Source of the DNA: Camelus ferus
Taxonomy: Eukaryota
Length of the DNA: 64,000 nt
Direction: 5' to 3'
NCBI RefSeq assembly: GCF_009834535.1
Contig: NC_045698.1
Coordinates: 1,924,001-1,988,000, forward strand
Position numbers and translations under genes: made by a program. Shown here one piece after another: positions 1-12,634 of the stretch (positions within the stretch are counted from its first letter, which is position 1; the number at the start of each line of letters is the position of its first letter). The notes under the pieces are model-generated. The model was not told the origin of the DNA. It did no database searches and was given only the letters and a program-made list of their open reading frames with translations.

Positions 1-2404
1 GGTTTAATTTCAAAATGAAAAACAACGCACGCATTCAGTTTTAATGTAACTTATCTCTTCTGATAAGCATAGAGCAATTCACATTATGTTTACATTAAAA
101 TAAAATTGTGGTTGGAATGTACCTGCCATTAATATATTTGCTGCCACAAACGCTGAGCCAGCAGTGGGGACGTTAAACTTCTGTTGAAGCAGAGGGAACA
201 GCCGTTTGTGCACTCGGCCTCTGTGGCTGACGGCTTTTGAGGGAGCTGGGCAGCGACAGACGAGGCATGAAGCAGACCTGTGCGGCGAGGCAGGCTGTCC
301 GGCTGTGCCGTGGAAACCAGAGACGGGTGTCAAGCAGCCGTGCCCATCTCCCGTGTTTCCCTTACTTTCATGTTTACATTTAGTTTCGGTAGAATAATTT
401 ATAAAAAGCTCGAGCTTCAAAATGGCCCTAGGATGTCTACTTAGTGAAATAAACTTTGCAAATCTTGTGTCTCTGTCCCTCTCCCGTCTCCATATGTATA
501 CGTAGCTATCCCCCGTCTGCGTCTATGCATATATTCATATACACCCGTATTAACGTCTGTATGTACATCCGGACCCATTTTACTCCCGTGCCTGCACCTG
601 AGCCCCTACTCCCAGGCCGCACGACCATCGCAGTGAGAAGTCTGATGAAAATGCACGGCAGCTACTCAGAATGACTGAGTTCCAGTTACCGGAAGCCCCC
701 CTCTTTTTTCTTTTCTCACAGCAGTCATAAATATCAAAATATATGTTGTGCGTGCCTTTTCCAAGGTTTCAGAAGAGTTGAACTAAGTTCGTAATGGAAA
801 TCACTGTTTGCTCAGATAAAACAAATAACGCTGGGGCTTCTCAGTGCCTGGACAGGGGCTGGAGTGGACTTGCAAAGGTAAACGGGAAGGCGGGACTGTT
901 AACCCATCACTTCAAGCGTGATGCTATGCAAATAGGTTATCAGTTCTCCAGCAGGTCTGAACGGAGCTGCGAATTCGGAACCACAGCCGGCGTCATGATC
1001 TCCGGCCCTGAGAGCTCTTTCTTGCTCAAGCCCAGCGCGGTTGCCAGACAACGAGCTGGAGTTCAGTCGGAGTTGCTGGGTTTTCAGGCACCCTTGTTGA
1101 ACTTTTACCAAACACACACACTCAGGAAGCTCCTTCACTAAATCAGCAGAGCCCCCTGGGCGTGAGGCTCCACTGATGTTCGCAGCCGGTATCTGGCCAG
1201 TTCCTTTTGGCCTCTATTCATGTGCGGCTTAAAGAGCTGGCTTTTTGGATCGATTAATTTCAAGAGGGCCGGAAGGATCACTGAGTATGATTTTCAGGTC
1301 CAATTCCATACGCGGGTCCCTGTCTCAGAGTCTACCATCAGGGGCTTCCTTTCACGCGAAGTTCGTGGCGGGACGACTGTGCCTTCTCCGGGGTTTTCTG
1401 GAGGAGAAGGGGTTCCGCCTCCAGACAGTGGCAGCAGCTCCTGCCCGAGTTCCCAGCCTGCTGGCCTGCCCGGGGGACCTCCGGCTTGCTGGCCTCCCAA
1501 TTGTGTGTTCTAACTCCTTAAAGAAAATTTAGTTTTTGTTAAAAAAGAAGATATTTTATATCTATATACAGCTATATGTGGAATACATGTATATAGTAAA
1601 TAGACAGATTCATAGATAGATAGACAGACAATGACGAACTTCTATTAAAACAAAGGGGAGAGCCATTCACTTCTCTTAGTTTTTACTGTCCTGGTATCTC
1701 AGTCTCTGTCCATCCATCTTTTCTTCTGTCGGCCCTGCTTCTCTGGGGAACCTTGGCTGATGCACGATCCAAGGCCGAGTCCCTCCCCCAGGCGAGGGAG
1801 AAGGACCCACAGTGGAGAGCAGAAGTTTCTGTGTCTCAGACAGGTCCTCGCCTGTCACCTTGGGAAGAACCACTTAGCTGCCTGCGGACTTCGCGGTCAC
1901 GGACCAGGACTCAGCCGGGTGTCTGGGGGGAAGCAGGAGGCAGAGACTGCCTGTCCTTCATGCCCCCAGGGACGCTGAACGTTTGCTTTGTATCCACGGT
2001 CTACGAGGACAAAAGGAAGTGCAGTGGAGCTCTCAACGCCCCTTCCGCCCTCACAGCCGCAGGTGCCCTCGGTAGCTCCAGGCGCCTCTGGGCATCCTCC
2101 CCTTTACTGAGGCCACGGGAGAGGCCCGCACACAGCCCGCACTAAGGGCTGCCCAAAAGACCAGCGCCGCCTCCGGTGCCACGGTCAGCTGCGCTCGCCG
2201 GGGCCATCTGACTCCGGGCCCCCAGAGGTGTGCTCGCTGGAGCACCCGCAGGGCACCCTTCGTACCCACTGGGCCATCCCAGCCAGCTGGGTCTGCGCTT
2301 TTAAGCCTGGTCTGGTTTCACCCCACAGACGTGGGAGGAACCACAGGCCGTTCGCCGCGGGCAGCTGGTTGGGACCAAGTAAGCCACGGCGCCTTTTGGG
2401 GCTG

Positions 2405-2805
2405 CTGTGACAGATCCGCGTGACCCAGCAGAGGCGCCTTGCTCACAGCTCTGCAGCCGAGAAGTCTGAGACCCAGTGTTGGCCGGGGCACCTCCCTCAG
2501 AAGGCTCAGAGAAGAGCCCCCTGCCCCTCCGCTGCCGCTGGTCCCCGCCAATCCTGGGCGTCCCCTGGCTGTAGCCGCATCCCTCCCACCCTGGCTCCAT
2601 CGCCACGTGGTCCTGCCTCTCTGGGTCTCTGTCTCATCTTCAAGCAAGGACTCCCCCGATTGGATCACGGTTCACCCCCATCCAGGATGACCTCACCTTA
2701 ACTAGTTATGCCAGCAGACTGTTTCTGAGTGAGGTCACTTTCTGAGGTTCCAGGTAGAGATGAATCTGGGCGGGGGGGGGGGGAGGCACTGTTCATCCCA
2801 ACACA
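2405..2805 (-). mobile_element. MaLR solo LTR (MLT1B/C-like)
   Basis: Matches the recalled MLT1 consensus in reverse orientation: agaagtctgagacccagtgttggccggggcacctccctcagaaggctc ... caggatgacctcaccttaactagtta ... gaggtcactttctgaggttccaggtagagatgaatctggg ... cccaacaca terminus. Confidence 0.8.
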
Positions 2806-5800
2806 GGAAACCCAAGCTGGTTCCCTAATCACCACAGCAGGCAGTCAGGAATGTGGAGGAAATGCGGGTGCCCGGGGTGCCTGCTCCCTCAGAATCTGTC
2901 TCAGGGAGGCCAGGGCGAGGGGCTGGGCACTCTGCTCTGCCGGCAGTGAAGGGCTCCCAGAACACAGGTTTTCAGCGCTGAAGCCAGGACAGCCCTGGGC
3001 AAACTGGTCGCCTGCAGACCCCTCTCCTAAGCCCCGTGGCCGCAGGAGACATCTCTGTCCAGCCCGGCCCCAGCCTCTTTCTCTTCGGGGGAACCGTGTC
3101 CTCTCTGACCTGCTCCGTCCTCTGCCTGGGTCTCAGCTTTGCTCAGCCTCCCATCTTCTCCGTCCACCGCCCGTGCCTCTGCCCAGCTGTGCTGGTTGGT
3201 CCCCACACCCAGCGTCCCCACAGGAGCGTCTGCTGCCGCCGCTGGGCTTTCTTTGCCGTCCGTCACCCTCTGTCATCCGCCCACGGCCCCTTTTGCCTTC
3301 CTTATTTCCTTATTTCCTGCGGGATGGCTGAACGGTAGATTTATGAGCACATGGAGCTAAAAAGGAGGATAATCTCTCAAATTTTTCTGCTTTTAAGTTT
3401 TCGCCTGTTCTTTCATCTTTAGAGAGCGCTAAGGAAATGGTCCCTGTTCTACCAAAAGGAACATGTAACGTTTAGTAAGTCCAGCGAGGAGAACGATGGA
3501 GCCCTCCTCTCCGCCCCCACGGGGCTGGACCGCAGCTCAGAAGATGCGAGAAGCCCTCGCCTTTTCTTAGAAGGAGGCCTCACCTCTGACAGCTCAAGTT
3601 GCTTGTGGACGTGGTTCCACTTATCCCAGTGTCAGTTCCCTGGGGAGTCACTGCTCTGTTCTCCTGACCCACCTACCCGACAGGTCAGGCTGCAGCATGG
3701 CGTGGTGATTTATGGAGACCCCTTCTAAATTCTGCTTCCTTCAACCAAGTAGAACCACAGGGTCTGGGCTTGGAGAAAACAAATCCTGAGCAGCTTAATG
3801 GAACCTTTTTATGTTCCACAGCTTAGTCAGCGAAAGCCCTCATTGTCTCTTTGGCGCCGCGGGGTCCCACCCAGCGCGGCAGTGCCCTCCTGGCTCAGTG
3901 GGCGCCTGTGCGGACAGCCCTGCGTCAGGACCCCGGCACGCGCCTGCCACGCTGAGTCTACACTGGTGTTCTGGGGAGGCCACGGCGGGGTGGGAACCTG
4001 CCTGGAGCGGCTGTAGCTTGTCCAGGTAAGTCTTTTCAACTCTAGGGAAGTTAGGTCCACACCAGTCGACACGATGTGTGATCAAGGAGCAAGAACGACG
4101 GTTGCGAGAGGCTTTGCTGAGGCCCTAGAGGGTTCTTTCCGCAGCAATGCACGTCTCGGGCAAAACGCCTGGCGAAGAAGATGCTCCCCACCCGTGAGTC
4201 CCACCGCCCAGAGGGCAGACGCCTCACAGCGCGGAGGGCGCTCTGAGACCTTTCATCCCTCGGGGACCAGCGGGCCCCCCACCAGTGGGGCAGTGCGGGG
4301 GCGGCGGGTCCAACAACAGCCCTGCTGTGGTGAGAGAGGACTCGCCTGTGTAGGGAAGTCAGACCTGGTGGAAATGAGAGTTTCTTCAACCGCCTTCTAA
4401 GCCTCTGGCAAGGGAGGCTGATTTTCAGGATGACTTTCCGTGAGAGCAGGTTCACTGAGGCTGAGATCCCCCCCCCCAAGTATTTTCCCTCTAAAACATC
4501 TTGAATACTTACCACTTTTGCTTTTGTGTTTTTTATTATTCTTACAATACCTAAGATTTTCAAGAGAACTTGGACTTTGCAAACTTCTCCTATACCTGTT
4601 AATGCCCTCATCCTCCTGACGGTCCAGTCTGTAGTGAGTGATTTGGGAAGGGGTGCATCGCTGACAACCCAGGGGTGATACAGATGGTGGTCGGACACTG
4701 CAGAGGCCTCGGCCAGGATAGCAAGGTGATGGCCAGGCTCATGAGAGCGCCCACCAGAGCTCATTGCATGGAATTGAATGGATGTAGAATTCCGCATTCC
4801 CACGGGCGGTCCTGGAAATGCACCACAACCAGAGCTGTGAGCCGGTCCAGCCAGGCTGGTGTGGACCAGAGTCAGCTCTGCAGAGCCCTGGGCTTGGCAC
4901 AGCTCCCGACTGAGGCTCCGGGCCCTTCCTGCAGGCAGGACCTACCTGGGAGGCAAGCATCTTTGGCTCTAAAACACACACACCCCTTCAAACCTTCTGT
5001 GGCACTGCTGCCCCAAGTGTGGACAGTAATAGGGCTGGGTGGGGGGCATGTGCGGGATGCGCAGAGGGGATCTTGAGCAAATAAGCTCAAAATCCCGCAT
5101 CAAACCCAGTTTAAGGGACATCAGGACCCTCAGAGCCTTCACTCTGTTGATGACATTCCAGTCCTCCTGGAGGAAGACTGGCTGCAGGCTGCTTTCCAAA
5201 CACCCCTGCCGTGGAGCCCCCGGTGCACGGAGCGTCCCGAGAGCAGGGGCGCGCTTCCTGGGAGAGGTGGCTTGCTCGGTTCCCGCTCACCTGGGGAAGC
5301 TGTGGCGGTTATGATGGCTTCTTGAGGGAGCAGATGAAGAAGTGTGTGCAGAGGCTGGCACGTGGCCAGGGACAAGACTCCAGCAGCTCCCTAGTGAGGG
5401 CATGTCCACGCAGGCCCAGTTTATCAATTCTCAAAGGACTGTGTGGTCTTAACAAGCGGGCAGCCGTCACCACCTGACGCTGGTGGGGCCGCACCGCTCC
5501 CGGGTGGCTGCAGCCGTAAGGGTGTGGGTGCTTTGCTAGGCACCGTGTGACCCCATCCGGTGTGTGTCCCCTGTGCTCTGGGGCATGGACTGTGCGAGAC
5601 GTGAATTTGACCAGAAGCAGCGGACTTGGGTCTTGCCATCTGTTGTGCCGTCACCATCTTTCTCCGTGAGTCTTTTCTGGGTGTGGCTCTTTGCTGTCTG
5701 TGTACGTGTGTGAGTCTGAGTGCGTGCGTTTGTAGAAGCTGGAAGTGGGCACTTAACCCAGCACAAGACTGACCCTTGAACCTGAGAGGCGTGGCCACAC

Positions 5801-6179
5801 GAGGTAGAAATGACAGTAGCTGGTGAAGGTCTTGGTTTTCCCTCCCAAGCGCCCTGTCACACCCGAGTGCTGGGGGTTGGTGGACGTGCCAGCCCCTGTC
5901 CCTCAGTGTCAGGGCCGCAAGCCAGCCCCCACCCCCCCACGTTCTTTGCAGCAAACTCCTTCCCCCCAGTTCAGATCATTCACGACCCTGATGCTGTCAA
6001 AAGGGTCGACCAGATATATATGTTGTACCTACTTTTCTGCATATAACTGCATTTTCTAAATTTAGAGCAGCCTTCTGAGATTTAAAGACAGCCTTGACAT
6101 TTTTATCTTAATTTTGTCTCATTCCTCCGAAGTTGTTTAAAACATTACAATAAGACACGGAGTATAAGAGTTGAAGGAC

Positions 6180-6545
6180 CCAGTTAAATTGACAGTGATA
6201 TAAATGAGTCTGTCCTTTTGGGGGAAAGTCTAATTATTGAGGGTTAAATACTCTGCTTCTTTCTAAAAATACTAAGCTCGAATTCAGAAGGAAGGTTCCC
6301 AGGATGCGGTGACGACAGCTGGCAGCAAGGCGCGGCTCTGCGTGTTTTCTCCACGCGCGTCCTCATTATAATGTAGATCCATGGTTAGCCAGGCCGGTGC
6401 GGTCTGGAGCAGCAATAGATGTAGCTCAGCAGATCGTAATGAAAACAGAATATTCTATGGAGTTAAAAATCAATAGATTTTAGCCAGTCTTATGCTAATG
6501 AACTACTCCGATTTCTTTATCAGTCTCTTGGGGGTTTGAGAAAAT
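6180..6545. promoter_or_regulatory. Candidate conserved non-coding element / developmental enhancer
   Basis: Repeat-free, relatively AT-rich island in GC-rich surroundings. Motifs: TGACAG (6190-6195), TAATTA (6231-6236), AATCAATA (6468-6475), ATGCTAAT (6492-6499). Function is inferred from motifs only. Confidence 0.35.
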
Positions 6546-7010
6546 TACACCGCCCTCCTCCCCGCAAAGTCGGCTCAGCGCTTTCCTGGTGGGTCTTTCT
6601 GAGGCCCCTTTTCAAGCCCCCGCGGTGGCTGGTTGAAGCTGGAAGGCTCGGGCAGCCGTATTGATTTAAAGACACATTTGTTCTCTTCTGTTCAGAGAGA
6701 ATGCCGAGCCAGAATTGCAGGATGCTCATAATTGGATTCGGCGTGTTTTGTGTGAACTAACTAGGAGTTTTCCCCTCGCCTGCTTGCTCTTTTTGTCCCC
6801 TCAGCTATTCTAATCCCTTTATTCCACGAAGCTAGAACGTACGATTCATTGTTTTCTTTTTAAATATTTGACAGCGCGCTTTCAGCCAGATTGGGGGGCT
6901 GGGGACGCGTTAAGAGAAACGCTGAAATACTGGTCTGGCTCCTCTCTGCCTCCTTCAGTATTCGTCTTGTAAACGTTCCTGTACCTTTCCCCCCTCCTCC
7001 CCTGCTTCCA

Positions 7011-7052
7011 GCACGCACACACACACACACACACATGCACACACACACACAC
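7011..7052. repeat. (CA)n microsatellite, interrupted
   Basis: gcacgcacacacacacacacacacatgcacacacacacacac read directly. Confidence 0.95.
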
Positions 7053-9234
7053 AGCTCCTACTGACCTCGGGGCACACATTTGTGTTTCTAAAGGATCTGA
7101 CCAGATCTTTAACCGATAATCTTGTATTTCGTTAATACTATACTCTGGTTCGCAAAGGGATGCCAGTTGGTGCGAGTTACCGTCTAGCCCAGTCTCAGGT
7201 TAAACCCAATTACTGAAAGCTTGATTTGACTCAGCATTCTAGAAGTGTTTGATCTGAGTGAAGCAGAATTTCTGGAACTCAGAAAGCCTGAGACTGATTC
7301 TACTCTGCCTTTGTGCGGCTGGGTTCCCCCAGCCCTGTGCCCCTTTTGAAGTCAGTGGGAGCCCTGAGCCAGGCCAGCTCTGCGGAGCCGGGCAGGGAGG
7401 GGAGGAGCGGACCCCTGGGATGGCTGTGGAAGGGGAGAGGAACTCTGCAGGGAAGCTGGACCAGCCCGGGTGGAGCAAGGAGGTGGACGTGGGGAAGAAG
7501 CGTCGTATGCAGGGAGCGCAGCATGGTCACAAGATGGAAAACAAAGGGGCTGGAGACCCTCCTGCACCTGGCGGAGGCTCACGGGTGAGTGTAAACAAGG
7601 AGACCGGTGTAAACCAACTGGCAGTGACTGTCTATTGAATTTTAAGAAAATGTCTTAAAATACTAAAATTGTTAAAGCATTACTCCACGCGGATCATATT
7701 CCTAGGTGCTGTTCCCTGACTGTGATATCATGTATTCATTTTAATTGAGGTCACATGGAACAATCAGCAGAGCAATGTTTAAGTGTGCCGAGGCAGCCTG
7801 CGGCTGAGACGCAGCGTCTCGGCGCTTTGGGGGCGCTTCCCCTCCAGCACCAGGGAAGTGCTTCTTCGCAGGTGGACTGTGAGCACATAGAAGGCAGGAC
7901 CGTGTTTTTATTTTAAAAGCTCAAAGTAATGCACCTTCTAAAATTAAGCAACTGTAATCTCTACACGTATGCAAAGAACTGAGGACATAGGTCCATGGCC
8001 ACCTTCTGTGGGACCTGAAGACCACAAACAGATTAAGATGAAAGTTTGGGTCAGAGTCAGGGCCCTGGTGGGCAGTCACCCAACGGGGGCACTTCGGCCG
8101 AAAGAAGGAAGATGAAGGATACCTTTGGTGAAGAGATGCCATCGCTGCCTACAGGAGGGTAGTAACTACCTTCATCGTTGCCAGCACATCGGCCCACCAG
8201 CTTTCCTCCTCGGCTCATCGGAGGTTCATGCTCAGAACATCTTATGGCCACAGGTAACCCTGGACAGTCCGTCTCTCTGCTGCTGGGAGCAGTGCTGTCC
8301 TGCGGAGCCTGGGCAGGTGCCCAGAGCCCAGGAGCGACTTGTGCCCCAGAGCCTTGTAAACGGCTCCGTGACCTGAGAGCAGTGCCTGCCTGTGTGCTGG
8401 TCTCCCTGGGCTTTTGCATGAGAAAAGCGTTAGGCATTTCTGCTCCAATTCCAAAAACCCATGACCTGAAAGTTCAGACAAGCTGTGTGGTGTTTGCGAC
8501 CTGAGAGTGAAAGTCTTGTGTTTGAGCAGCCTCTCCCGCCTGCTGTCTGTTCACCAAGCTCTGGATTCGAGGGATCTACAGGTTTCCCTCCAGCTCAAGG
8601 GCAGTGATGGACTAGCCCCCCGCCCCTGTCCTGGTCGTCATCCCCTCCCGCCATAGGATGGTGCTGCCGGAGTCTCAGGAGAAGGCTCTGTGCTGCCCCA
8701 ACCCCGCGGAGACAGCACCCACTCCTAGCAGACCGTCTGTGTCCTTCACACACCCAGCACTTTTCTGACTCATCAGGGAGAAGTTGGGGGTCACCCTGTC
8801 GTGGGTTCGTTTGCTCCGTTTCACTCAGATTCTGAGCAAAATGGCACTTGTTCTCTAAGATTTCCCTCAAGTCTTAGATGGCTGGAAACCCCCCTGGTTG
8901 GAGACGCCGTATCAGCCTGGATGTGGGTGACCAGTATCTCACGGGGGCGGAACGTGGACCCGTGCGTCAGGGATGGACTTGCCAGCCTGTAGGAAGTAGC
9001 CTCCGTGTGGGTCCCCGTGGCCCCAGGGCTGTGCCCGTGCCTGTGCGGTTGCACACGCACGTGTGTGTGTTGCAATAATGAGTGTGAACCCTGAGAGAGT
9101 CCTCCGCTGCTCCGTCCTGCGTGGCGCGCTGAGACCCAGCTGCCTGCTTCCTTCCCCCCGATGCCCGCGCTCACAGGCGCGGCACAGAGAGGCGACAGAG
9201 CACATTGGAGAAACTGGCCGTGTGGGCGCCAGTG

Positions 9235-9423
9235 GGAGGGCTGACACTGGACAAGTCACTGACGATCTTTGTTCTTCTGCTTTCTAAGCCCCCAGAAGGG
9301 AATAATCATAATATACTTCACCGTGAACTGCGGTGAAGTGAGCCACGCGCTGCATGCAAAGCGCTTCGCGAAGGACCCGGCACAGAGCGGACGCCCAGCA
9401 AGCCTCGCCCGCTGTCGTCATCA
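9235..9423 (+). mobile_element. MIR SINE relic (GC-shifted)
   Basis: Colinear with the MIR core and tail: ggacaagtcactgac ... gggaataatcataatatacttc ... tgcaaagcgcttcgcgaaggacccggcacagagcggacgccc. Confidence 0.65.
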
Positions 9424-9611
9424 CGTGAGAACCTGCCTCGCTTACTTGTTTAGTTTTGGTGGGGGCAGCGGGGGAGGAGGTGTTAACTGGTCTCCTATAA
9501 CTTTTTTTAATGATCTGTTATCTGAATTTCTCTCTTACCTGAATTTTATTTATTTTTTTCCTTTTACAGTCCTGAGAATGTAGCATAAACTGCAAACAAA
9601 CTGCTCAGTCC

Positions 9612-10113
9612 CAATATTCAGCCTTAAAAAAAGAAGGGGTCCTGTCCTGCGACAGCACGGATGAGCCTGGAGGGCATCATGCTCAGTGAAACGCGCCAGG
9701 TGGGGAAGGGCACGCACTGTGTCATCTCTTACATGCGAAAGCCGGGAGGAGGTGGACTGAAGGAAGAGCAGGGTAGAGTGGCGGGCGGAGGAAACGAGGA
9801 GAGGCTGGCCCAGGACAAGCAGGCGCTGAGGGCGCGGGGCGCGGCCCAGGGACCCACCCACGGACACCGCGCTGTCCGCCTGAAGTCCGCCGAGACAGTG
9901 AATCTTAGGTGTCCTCACCACACACACACTCACACACACTCTCACACGCGACACTCACAGGCACGCGTGCGCACACACACACACTCACACGCAAGGTGAC
10001 CATGCCAGTTGATGGGTGTGTTTATCAACCCGAGTGTTATAATCATTTATAGACACATATAAACATCACATTGTACACCTCAGATGTATATAATTTTTAT
10101 TAAAAAAATTAAA
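9612..10113 (+). mobile_element. Old L1 3' end (L1MA-like) with internal CA microsatellite
   Basis: aatattcagccttaaaaaaagaagg ... ggatgagcctggagggcatcatgctcagtgaa ... gtgaatcttaggtgtcctcaccac(ac)n ... catcacattgtacacctcagatgtatataatttttatt follows the L1MA 3' UTR in order. Confidence 0.85.
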
Positions 10114-11749
10114 ATGCTAGGTAGTTAGGTAAGTGAGGGCACCAGGCAGACAGGTTGGGGAGAGGAAGGAGGGTCCAGAAGACGGCGGTGTGACCGCCTC
10201 TGTCATAAAGCGGGTTTACTTTAAATGAGCGCCCGCAAGAAACCAGCTAGACCCTGACAGCCGGGATTGCGCGGCAGCAGAAAGGACTTCAGCGGACGCG
10301 ACCCCGTGTTCACTGTGTTATAAGCAGCATGATTACCCGCCACGGGCTGCCCCGTGCGCGCCACGGGCGAGGACACGCACAAAGGGGGTGAGTGCGGTCA
10401 AGTCGGCAGAGCGTCGCGGAGTCACGGTGCCCGCGTGCCCGCCGCCGGGCCGACCTGGAGATCAGAGTGTCCACAAGGTCTGGAGTGGGCTCCCAGTCTG
10501 CGTCAGGGCTGATCCAGATGAGGGAAGGACGCCACCAGGCAGGTGGGGAAGGATGCGGGACCTGACCAGCTACCTCGCAGGGGAGTAGCTGACAGTTCTC
10601 AGGCAGCGAATGGCGTGGTCACATTTCTAGGAAGATATACCAGTCAGGTTGTGCTAAGTTCAGCTGTGGTGAGAAACATCCCTCAAAGTCTGAGAGCAGG
10701 GCAGGATGGCAGGGGGGTGTTGGAACATGCAAAAATTCTTCCAGAAGAGTGTCAGGACACTCTTTTCAAGTCACTGTCCAAATTCTATGTAATTTCTCCT
10801 TCTTCTTTGGTATTTATCCCTTACGCTCTGCCTGCTGTCCACCCTGTAGTGCCCGGGGGCAGAGTGACTCCTGGGGAATTACCAGCACCCCTGGACGTTG
10901 GGAAAAGGAAGACAAGACCGTCAAGGGTGGGGATTACTTTAACCTCCTTAATCCTCACCAGTGAGATCCAGATTCAGCGCGAGGTCTGGGGAAAGGCATG
11001 CATTTATCTTGTAACTGTAACCAAAGGAGTAATTCCACCGCGCTTTAAGCCCCACACATATCTAAGGAGGATGTCTTCTGAAAGGGGGTGCAGCTCTGGG
11101 GAGACTCCTTCAAATTCAGCGCAGACGTGCTTCTGGCGCAGGATGACATTGGCGGGACAGCTTCTGAGCTGGTCTCGGTGGCGTCTGCTCAGGTCCCGGG
11201 ACAGGACTGCAGGATGCTCGTCTGGAAGGCAGGACAATTTTAAAGTAAGTCGGTGGAGATGTTGCTTTTACGAGAAAATGAACGAATGGCGATGTATTCT
11301 GAAATAACGTCAGACAGTGAATAAAACTGAAGTGTTAATGCAAAACCCAAACCAGCCTCTCAAAGGCTCAAGGGCGCTATAAACTTTCAGGTAAATCAGA
11401 GGTGGTGTTTCCAGGAGTGCACTTTGCTGCCCTCCCCGTCTCGTTACCTGCTGTCCAGGAATTGACTTTCTCATGTTTCTGGTTCTTGCTTATTTATTTC
11501 TGGCCTCTTTATGCTGCAAAATTTCCTCCATCACCCTCGTGGGTGTCACCAGCTTCCCCTCCCCCACCCCCGTGTTAATTCACACAGTGCTTAGTTTTGG
11601 GTTTTGGCTTTGTTTTCTGAGTACAGAAGAGATGATGTCCCCTGCTGCATCCCAGTTGTCGCCTGGGGGAGACGCTGCTAGCACTCTTGGTCGGGGACGA
11701 GGTTACCAGGCTGCGTATTGGACAGGTGTGTCTGCCCAAGGAGAGCCGA

Positions 11750-12360
11750 GATAGTTATGCAAATTATTAAAAGGTGTGAGATGCTTATCACTTATAAGCC
11801 ACCAAATGAATCATTTAAATAAGCTCTTCAGCGCCCTGGAAAAAAAAATGGCTCAAATGACAGCCAAGATTGAATAAATTCAAAGAGTTTCCTCAAAGTC
11901 AATCAAGCAGAAGAGAAAAATGCATTTACTCTGATCGAATGTCAGGGACGGGCTTATGCCTGCGAATGCTTCCTGCTCAGAGATTCTGCACCACATTTGC
12001 ACAGCAGACTTGAAGCCCTAAGAAATCATTATTTCATACATTTCATCAAAAGCGACTGCCTAATAACACCGAATACAATTAATCCATGTTAGTGAATTTA
12101 GAGTGGGGCACAAGCAAATCTATGAACTTCCGTGATTCTCAGCTGAAATTTACTTAATATTTATGTACACGTGGAAGCCATAACGCCCCACTACTTTATT
12201 CTAATAAGGCAAGACAGTCTGCATTGTTGTGAAATTTGCATTAGAGAACATTTGGAGACTTTTATTTTGGTTCATAAAAGAAAGCGCTTCATGGGGAATT
12301 TGCTTTAATAAATATGTAAAAATGATTAAGAATGTGTAAATGAAGTGAATAAATTAATAT
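11750..12360. promoter_or_regulatory. Candidate conserved non-coding element / enhancer
   Basis: AT-rich unique island with a perfect octamer ATGCAAAT (11757-11764), T-box half-site AGGTGTGA (11772-11779), GATA site CTTATCA (11784-11790) and TGACAG (11858-11863). Confidence 0.35.
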
Positions 12361-12381
12361 TCGAAATCAAAGTGCTCTAAA

Positions 12382-12474
12382 TTGTTTTTGTTTTTCTGGG
12401 AGGTGTAATTAGGTTTATTTATTATTATCATATTTTTGATGGAGGTGTCGAGGATTGAACCCAGGACCCTCCCC
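12382..12474 (-). mobile_element. Camelid tRNA-derived SINE (Vic-1 type), shortened copy
   Basis: Minus strand reads ggggagggtcctgggttcaatcctcgacacctccatcaaaaa ... aataaataaacctaattacacctccc followed by an A-rich tail. B-box GGTTCAATCC is present. Confidence 0.85.
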
Positions 12475-12634
12475 TGGTTTATTTTACAAAACGCCACATA
12501 AACTCCCTTCGGTCTTACATGTTTTATTAATTCCTTGTGTGAAGTCCTTTGCTGTTGCTGTTAGATATTGCTCAGCACTCCCCGCCCCCGATGAAACTGG
12601 TCCAGTTGCTCTTTGGTGGGCTCATGGCGAGCGC

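Noticed and set aside
4051..4803. 250-aa minus-strand ORF
   Set aside because: No recognisable domain, and its composition tracks local base content. Such lengths can arise by chance in GC-rich DNA.
9315..9339. 9-bp stem hairpin (also the palindrome at 7806-7820) as miRNA or terminator
   Set aside because: Too short for a pre-miRNA, the first lies within a MIR relic, and intrinsic terminators do not apply here.
10543..11307. 254-aa plus-strand ORF
   Set aside because: Non-ATG start, no recognisable family and no supporting gene structure.
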